Source of the DNA: Mobula hypostoma
Taxonomy: Eukaryota
NCBI RefSeq assembly: GCF_963921235.1
Contig: NC_086097.1
Coordinates: 4,402,001 to 4,466,000 of the forward strand
Length of the DNA: 64,000 nucleotides
Direction of reading: 5' to 3'
Position 1 is the first letter of the stretch. Every line of letters starts with the position of its first letter. The position numbers were made by a program, and so were the translations under genes. The notes beneath the pieces were generated by a model. It was not told the origin of the DNA. It saw only the letters and a program-made list of their open reading frames with translations, and did not search any database. Positions 57,661 to 64,000 of this stretch are shown piece by piece.

Positions 57661-58700
57661 CTTACCACGATCAGAAAGCAAATCTGGTTGGTGTTATCAC
57701 AAAAATTAATGAGACTGGGGTGTCAAATGATACGGGGAAAACCCATCTTGAAAAGATGAATATGGTGCAGACCCGATTGGAGAACTCTATTGTTCTGGCT
57801 AATTTTGCTGATAAGGTCTCTCACCTAACCTCCAAACAAAGCGGGCCATTGATAAAGCTAATTAACCGACATGCAGATGTATGTTCCGATGTCCCGAGGC
57901 GATGCAAAGGGACGGCGCATGATGTTGTGGTCGCCTCAGATCAGCCTATTAAACAACACTCCTACAGGATGAACTTGGAAAAGGGCAAGCTAGTGGAGAA
58001 AGAAATTGAACACATGCTAGCCACAGATATTATTAGGCCATCCAAGTCGGAATGGACGTCCCCCTGTGTGGTGGTCCCGAAAGTCGATGGGAGCATCCGA
58101 TTCTGTACAGATTACAGAAAGGTGAACGCCATCACAAAAACTGATGCTTACCCCATCCCAAGGGTAGACGATTGCATCGATAAAGTGGGGAGAGCTACGT
58201 ACATCACAAAGATCGATTTGCTGAAAGGGTACTGGTGTGTTCCTTTAACCGACCGGGCTAGAGAAATCTCAGCATTTGTCACTCCCTCCGGTTTATACGA
58301 GTATAATGTTTTACCTTTTGGCATGAAAAATGCTCCAGGGACCTTCCAGAGGATGATTAATTCAGTGATAAAGCGATTAAGGAACACAGAAGCGTATATT
58401 GATGATTTAGTGGTCTGGAGTGACACGTGGGAGGAGCACATTGTGGCAGTAGAGGAGCTGTTTAAACTGCTGTCCGGAGCCAACCTGACAGCGAACCTCG
58501 CAAAAAGTGAGTTCGGCCACGCGAAGGTCACTTAACTGGGATTTGTGGTAAGACAGGGACAGCTGGCTCCGATGCAGGCTAAGGTGCGGGCTATCTCGGA
58601 GGTCCCCAACCCGACAGACAAGAGAGCCCTGAGAAGGTTCTTGGGGATGGTGGGGTACTATAGGAAGTTTTGCAAAAACTTTGCGGATATTACCCTCCTC
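57661..58700 (+). pseudogene. pol: Pol fragment: reverse transcriptase, with a premature stop at 58533-58535
   Basis: SPCVVVPKVDGSIRFCTDYRKVN, KIDLLKGYW, LPFGMKNAPGTFQR, AYIDDLVV; TAA replaces the expected Tyr in VT(Y)LG; LRRFLGMVGYYRKF follows. Confidence 0.93.
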
Positions 58701-59197
58701 TTACTAAGCTCTTGCCAAAGAATGCGAAGTTTGTGTGGGACGACCTTTGTCAACAAGCCTTCGAGAGTCTGAAGGCGATTTTGTGTCACCATCCTGTGCT
58801 GAATGCGCCTGATTTTTCAAAACCCTTCTCCCTAGCAACAGATGCTAGCGACGAAGCGGCCGGGGCAGTGCCGTTGCAGACAGACAAAGAGGGGGTTGAG
58901 CACCCAGTCGCTTACTTTTCTAAGAAATTTAATATCCATCAGAGAAATTATTCCACTGTGGAGAAAGAGTTACTGGCCATCATACTGGCATTGCAACATT
59001 TTGAGGTTTATATTTGCCCGGCACGGAAACCACTGGTAATTTACACTGACCACAACCCATTAGTGTTTTTGGCCACTATGAAAGATAAAAACAAAAGATT
59101 GCTAAATTGGAGCCTGGTGCTTCAGGAATTTGATATTAAAATAACACATATAAAAGGAACGGAAAATGTGATTGCTGACTGTCTATCAAGGTGTTGA
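58670..59197 (+). pseudogene. pol: Pol fragment: gypsy-type RNase H, ending the polyprotein
   Basis: LATDASD, HPVAYFSKK, NYSTVEKELLAI, YTDHNPL, HIKGTENVIADCLSR followed by a stop. Confidence 0.93.
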
Positions 59198-59303
59198 CAA
59201 CTTAAAGTTCTCTGTATTAGCCAAATAGCTGATGAACATGTATATTTGTGTGTATCTAATAATGTATTCATGCCTATAATTTTTACCCCGGTAAAAATCC
59301 TTT

Positions 59304-59315
59304 GAAGGGTAGGGG
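59304..59315 (+). promoter_or_regulatory. Polypurine tract
   Basis: GAAGGGTAGGGG immediately before the TG of the 3' LTR. Confidence 0.85.
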
Positions 59316-59839
59316 TGTGACCAAGTTATCAGAAGATTGATGCTGATAAGAGAGATAAGAGAGAGACGAATGGGGGAAACATTCAAAATGCTAATAAGAG
59401 AGAGACGAGAGGGATTAACGAAAAGGAGACACAGTTCCGAGTATTGTCAGAGACCGATTGCTTTGAACCTGAACTGTTTGAAGTTTGATGGACAGGCGAT
59501 ACCCCAGCAGGGGGATAAAAGGAACAGGTTCGCTAAGGCAAGGGACACCACGAGATAACGAGACCCTGGAAGAACGGTGTGCCCCCACAAGTTCGTGGAG
59601 TTTTGGAGGTCTGGTCGCGGGACCAGCCATAGACGCACAGGGTGAGAAGGTACGATCGGCGGGAATCTGGTGTGTGTGTCCGCCCTTGCCTGGGTGCCGG
59701 GTTCACCGCAGAAGAACGATTGTATCCGGAACGGAGGGGTCACAGTCGGTGACCTCAGAAGACATTAAAAAGGGCTTGTGCCGAAAGCTAACTGCGAGGA
59801 ATATCAAAGGTCTGTTGAATCCGATTTGAATATCAGCAT

Positions 59840-59871
<32 letters not shown>

Positions 59872-60159
59872 CCCAACGGCACGACAGCGATTACTGCGAA
59901 CTGAAACTGAACTGAACTCTGTGTCACTTGAGACTGATCATTTTGCCCCTAGACTGCGATAGAGCTTGATTGATCCTATTATCCTAGTTCTGTGTACATG
60001 TGTGTTTATTCATTGCTAACCTGTTGCATTTATATCCTTACTATTAGAGTACTGTGTTACTTATTTCTTTAATAAAACTTTCTTAGTTCCAGTAATCCAG
60101 ACTCCAACTAAGTGGTCCATTTCTGCTGGTTTGGCAACCCAGTTACGGGGTATGTAACA
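59316..60159 (+). repeat. 3' LTR (844 bp)
   Basis: Direct repeat of 53740-54572 with a longer (CT)n tract near 59845-59870; AATAAA at 60071. Confidence 0.95.
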
Positions 60160-60639
60160 CAGTACAGTCCCTGAACAGGTCCTTCAGATAGAACGTAGAG
60201 ACTACAGTCCCTGAACAGGTCCTTCAGATTGAACGTAGACAGTACAGTCCCTGAACAGGTCCTTCAGACAGAACGTAGACAGTACAGTCCCTGAACAGGT
60301 CCTTCAGATACAACGTAGACAGTACAGTCCCTGAACAGGTCCTTCAGATAGAACGTAGACAGTACAGTCCCTGAACAGGTCCTTCAGACAGAACGTAGAC
60401 AGTACAGTCCCTGAACAGGTCCTTCAGATAGAACATAGACAGTACAGTCCCTGAACAGGTCCTTCAGATTGAACGTAGACAGTACAGTCCCTGAACAGGT
60501 CCTTCAGATAGAACGTAGACAGTACAGTCCCTGAACAGGTCCTTCGGACAGAACGTAGACAGTACAGTCCCTGAACAGGTTCTTCAGATAGAACGTAGAC
60601 AGTTCAGTCACTGAACAGGTCCTTCTGCTCACCAGATCA

Positions 60640-61790
60640 AATAGTCAGAAAATGGTCAATTAAACTAATCCGTTCTGCCTACACAATATCCAATTTCATT
60701 CATTTTCCTCAAATTCATGTGTATTGAAATATTGCTTAAAATACCCTAATGTTTCTGCCTCTACCACCACCCCAGGCAGCACGTTCCAGGCACCCACCAC
60801 ACTTTGTGTCAAAAAATTTGCCTCTCATATTTCCTTTAAACTTACCCCCTCACCTTAAATATGTGCCCTCTGGTATTAGACATTTCAACCCTGGGAAAAA
60901 GCTACTGTTGTCTACTCTATCTATCCCTCTCATAAACTAATAAAGCTCTATCAAATCTCCCTTTAGCCTCTGGCGCTCCAGAGAAAACAACCCACTTTTG
61001 TCCAATCTCTCATTATAGCACATGCCCTCTGATCCTGGACTAATGAAGGCAAGCATGCATATTTGCCTTCTGAACTACCCTATCAACCTGAGTAGCCACT
61101 TTCAGGGATTTATGAACTTGGACCCCAAGATCCCTCTGCTCAGCAGCACTGTTAAGTCGCTTGCCATTAACAGAGTACTGTACCTTTACATTTGACCTCC
61201 CAAGGAGCAACATCACATTTAGCAGGGTTAATCTCCATTTGCCATTTCTCTATATATATCTGCAATCAATCTATATCCAATTATACTTTTCCAGTCATTT
61301 ATGCTATCCAGAACACCACCAATTTTTGTATCATCGCAATTTACTAACCCTTCCATCTACATTTTCATCCAGGTCACTTATATACATCATAAACAGCAGA
61401 GATCCCAGTACAGATCTCTGCAGAACATCACAAATCATAGACCTCCAACTGGAGTAAGTCTCCTCGACCTCTACCCTCTATAGGCAAGCCAGTTCTGAAT
61501 CCAAACTGCCATTGATCCCATGCATCTTAATCTCCAGTGAGGGATATTGTCAAATGTCTTACTAAACTCCATGTGGACAACATCCACAGTTCTAACTTCA
61601 TCAATCACCCTCATCAATTTGTCAAAAAAAATCAATCAAGTTAGGAAGAAATGACTTGCACCTAATTAGGCCATGGTTCTCCAAATACTCATAAATGCTG
61701 TTGCTGAGAATTTCCTCCAGTAACTTCCCAACCACTGATGTCAGACTCACTAGTCCGTAGTTTTGAGAATTATCCCTGGATCTCTCCCCA
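60640..61790 (-). mobile_element. Old, degenerate CR1 LINE fragment abutting the array edge
   Basis: Minus strand near 61720-61765 reads NYGLVSLTSVVGKL (compare CR1 NYRPVSLTSVVGK). The left part resembles the 37.5-kb CR1 3' end (CACCACACTTTGTGTCAAAAA vs CACCACTCTCTGTGTGAAGAA). Many stops and indels; boundaries approximate. Confidence 0.8.
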
Positions 61791-62143
61791 TGACACAAAG
61801 ATAGGCAGGAAACTAAGTTGTGAAGAAAGCCTAGGGCGACTAGAAAGGGATATCGATTGTGTAAGTAAGTAGGCAGAGATCTGAGAAATGGAATATTAGG
61901 TGGTAAAATGTGAACTGTCCATTTTGGGTGAAAAAGTGAAAAAAACCATCTCCTCAGAACAGTTGCAGAACACTAGGAAGGGATCTCGGTTCTGGTACAA
62001 GATTCAAACAGTTTTAGCAGCAGATACAGCAAGCAGCCAGGAATGCTAAGTAGATCTTACTATTTATTGCAAGTAGAGAGACCATGCTTCAGTTCTGTAG
62101 GTCTTCAGTAAAACTGTAGTGAGAGTACTATGTTTGTATATTC
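61790..62143 (+). mobile_element. Old CR1 fragment in the opposite orientation
   Basis: Decayed DTKIGRK...RDID...EME Y..VKCE..HFG motifs that follow the CR1 ADD motif (GACACAAAGATAGG..., AAATGTGAACTGTCCATTTTGG). Confidence 0.65.
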
Positions 62144-62144
62144 C

Positions 62145-62374
62145 AGGCAGGACGTGCCCTCTTCTCATTGCTACCATCAAGGAAGAGGTACAGGTGCCTG
62201 AAGACATGCGCTCAATGTTTAGGAAAAGCTTCTTCCCCTCCACCATCAGATTTCTGAACGGACAATGAACCCATGTATACTACCTCACTATATATTTTCT
62301 CTCTTTTTGCACTAATTATTTAATTCAATTTTTAAAAATATATTTCTTATTGTTATTTATAGTTTATCATTATC
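62145..62374 (+). mobile_element. 3' end of a Rex1/Babar-like LINE (copy A), apparently continuing at ~63597-63675
   Basis: Translates as ALFSLLPSRKRYRCLK...FRKSFFPSTIRFLN, the LLPSGRRYR...SFFP...LN C-terminal signature, followed by an AT-rich UTR. Confidence 0.65.
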
Positions 62375-63596
62375 CCGTATCGGATCACAAGGCACCCCAG
62401 CGGGTGGTGAAAACTGCTAGCGGATTATCGGCACCCAGTTGCCCACCTTTGAGAACATCTAACATAAACGCTGCCTGGGCAAGGCTAAGAGCATTATCAA
62501 GGGTACATCTCAACCTAACCATGGACTTTTTACTCTCCTCCCATCCAGTAGGCGCTACAGGAGCCTCCGCTCCCGCACCAGCAGGCTCAAGATGAGCTTC
62601 TTCCCTGAGGCTGTGACTCTGCTGAACCTCACATCACAGCGCTAAGCAGTATTGAACCCATATTGTACTGTCTCAGTACTTTTGTATTTGTGTGCTATAG
62701 CACTTACGTTTTATTCGCAGTTATTTTGTAAATAACACTATTCTTTTGCAGTTCTGGACAGATGCTAATTGCATTTCATTGGCTTTGTATCTGTATTCAG
62801 CACAATGACAATACAAAGGGTGATTGATAAGTTCGTGGCCTAAGGTAGAAGGAGTCAATTTTAGAAAACCTAGCACATTTATTTTTCCTACATTTACACA
62901 CTTAATCCAGCAGTTGTGGAGCATACGGATCCCTTCTTTGTAGAAATCGGTGTCTTGGATCTCTAGCAAGTGGTCCACAGCAGGGGTGATTGATAAGTTC
63001 ATGGCTTAAAGTAGAAGGAGATGAGAAGAAACTTCAAACTTTCTGCATTTTCACTCAAACAGTTGAACTGTACGTGCATGTAATGAGAGCTGTATAACTC
63101 ATCTCTATATATCTTAGGCCACAATCTTATCAATCACCCCTGCTGTGGACCACCTGGAGGTGCAAGACGCTCTCATTACATACAGATGCAGTTCAATTCT
63201 TTGAGTGATAATGCAGAAGGTTTGAAGTTAATAACTCATCTCCCTCTACCTTAGGCCACAAACTTATCAATCACCCCTGCTGTGGACCACCTGGAGGTCC
63301 AAGACGCTGTCGTTATATGCACGTTCAGTTCAACTCTGAGTGATAATGCATTAAGTTTGAAGTTAGTAACTCATGTCCTTCTACCTTAGGCCATGAACTT
63401 ATCAATCACCCCTGGTGTGGACCACTTCTACAAAGAAGGGATCCGTATGCTCCATGACCGCTGGACTAAGTGTGTACATGTAGGAGGGGAGTATGTTGAA
63501 GAATAAATGCGCTAGGTTTTCTAAAATTGACTCCTTCTACCTTAGGCCATGAACTTATCAATCACCCCTCGTAAAGTTGAATCTAATCTAATCTAA
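62375..63596 (+). mobile_element. 3' end of a second Rex1/Babar-like LINE (copy B) with (AATCT)n tail, interrupted by a mariner-derived element
   Basis: DHKAPQRVVKTA...HGLFTLLPSSRRYRSLRSRTSRLKMSFFPEAVTLLN. Removing 62814-63573 restores GACAATAAAGTTGAATCTAATCTAATCTAA. Confidence 0.7.
62814..63571. mobile_element. Non-autonomous mariner-derived palindromic element with TA TSD and internal copies of the terminal inverted repeat (TIR)
   Basis: TA at 62812-62813 and 63572-63573. Inverted termini C(G/A)A(G/A)GGGTGATTGATAAGTTC.TGGCCTAAGGTAGAAGGA. Both arms encode a mariner transposase C-terminus (FYKEGIRMLHDRWTKCV.VGGEYVE*). Confidence 0.85.
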
Positions 63597-64000
63597 TTCT
63601 GTATTGCAATGTACTGCTGCCACAAAAACTACAAATTTCACAACATATGCCAATGATATTAAACCCAATTTAATATCACTGTTTGGATATGTATAGTATA
63701 CATAGGGAATGTGGAGGGGTGGGTCAGTGGGTATATATGTATAGGATACGTATGGATTGTGGAGGGTGGTTCGTGCATTCATATTCAATGAGTGCATACA
63801 AACTTAAACATCTAAATTATCCCAATAAACCAAGCAGTACTTTCGTGATCTTCTGTTAGTTAACATAAACTGTATTCAATATAATCAATTTTCCAGTGGT
63901 TTACCTTTGATAATTTTACAGGCTGTTCAGATATTCCAGAAAAGTTTGCATAGTTAGTAAATGCATCTTCGATACCCATGGAGCTCAGTAGGGGTTTGAG

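Larger units (their letters stand above)
53740..60159 (+). mobile_element. Full-length, inactivated Ty3/gypsy LTR retrotransposon of the Gmr1-like clade (gag-PR-INT-RT-RNaseH)
   Basis: Paired LTRs (TGTGACC...TAACA), CAGT TSD at 53736-53739 and 60160-60163, PBS, PPT, and a gypsy-type RT located downstream of the integrase. Confidence 0.96.
1..60625. repeat. 40-bp tandem satellite array, head-to-tail, interrupted by four TE insertions; runs off the left edge of the window
   Basis: Consensus CAGATAGAACGTAGACAGTACAGTCCCTGAACAGGTCCTT recurs at a 40-bp period throughout in a single orientation; the last monomer ends at ...ctgaacaggtccttc near 60625. Confidence 0.98.

Noticed and set aside
56677..59197. 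Ty1/copia assignment based on integrase-before-RT order
   Set aside because: RT (LPFGMKNAP, YIDD), RNase H (TDAS, TDH, ADCLSR) and the GPY motif are gypsy-type
1..60625. CRISPR-like array
   Set aside because: No unique spacers between repeats, no cas genes, and a vertebrate-type TE context
60749..63797. Short ORFs in the right flank as host exons
   Set aside because: Mostly explained by decayed LINE and mariner sequence; no supported splice structure or domain

Overview
Eukaryotic heterochromatin-like window, not a prokaryotic locus; the mix of transposable elements suggests a vertebrate, plausibly a cartilaginous fish (inference). Bases 1 to ~60625 are one head-to-tail array of a 40-bp satellite (consensus CAGATAGAACGTAGACAGTACAGTCCCTGAACAGGTCCTT). 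It contains a multi-kb higher-order repeat (HOR) domain (~9600-37355, basic period 5875 bp) and a recurrent multi-hairpin variant module. Four insertions interrupt the array: a young 5'-truncated CR1 LINE (~37388-38182), two duplicated 864-bp solo LTRs (48773-49636, 51192-52055) and a full-length but decayed Gmr1-like Ty3/gypsy element with integrase upstream of RT (53740-60159). All three LTR sites (two independent events) have the same CAGT target-site duplication (TSD) at the same monomer position, which is the most notable observation. Beyond the array edge are old CR1 and Rex1/Babar-like LINE fragments and a nested palindromic mariner-derived element. No host protein-coding gene is supported. 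All coordinates and difference counts were read by eye.
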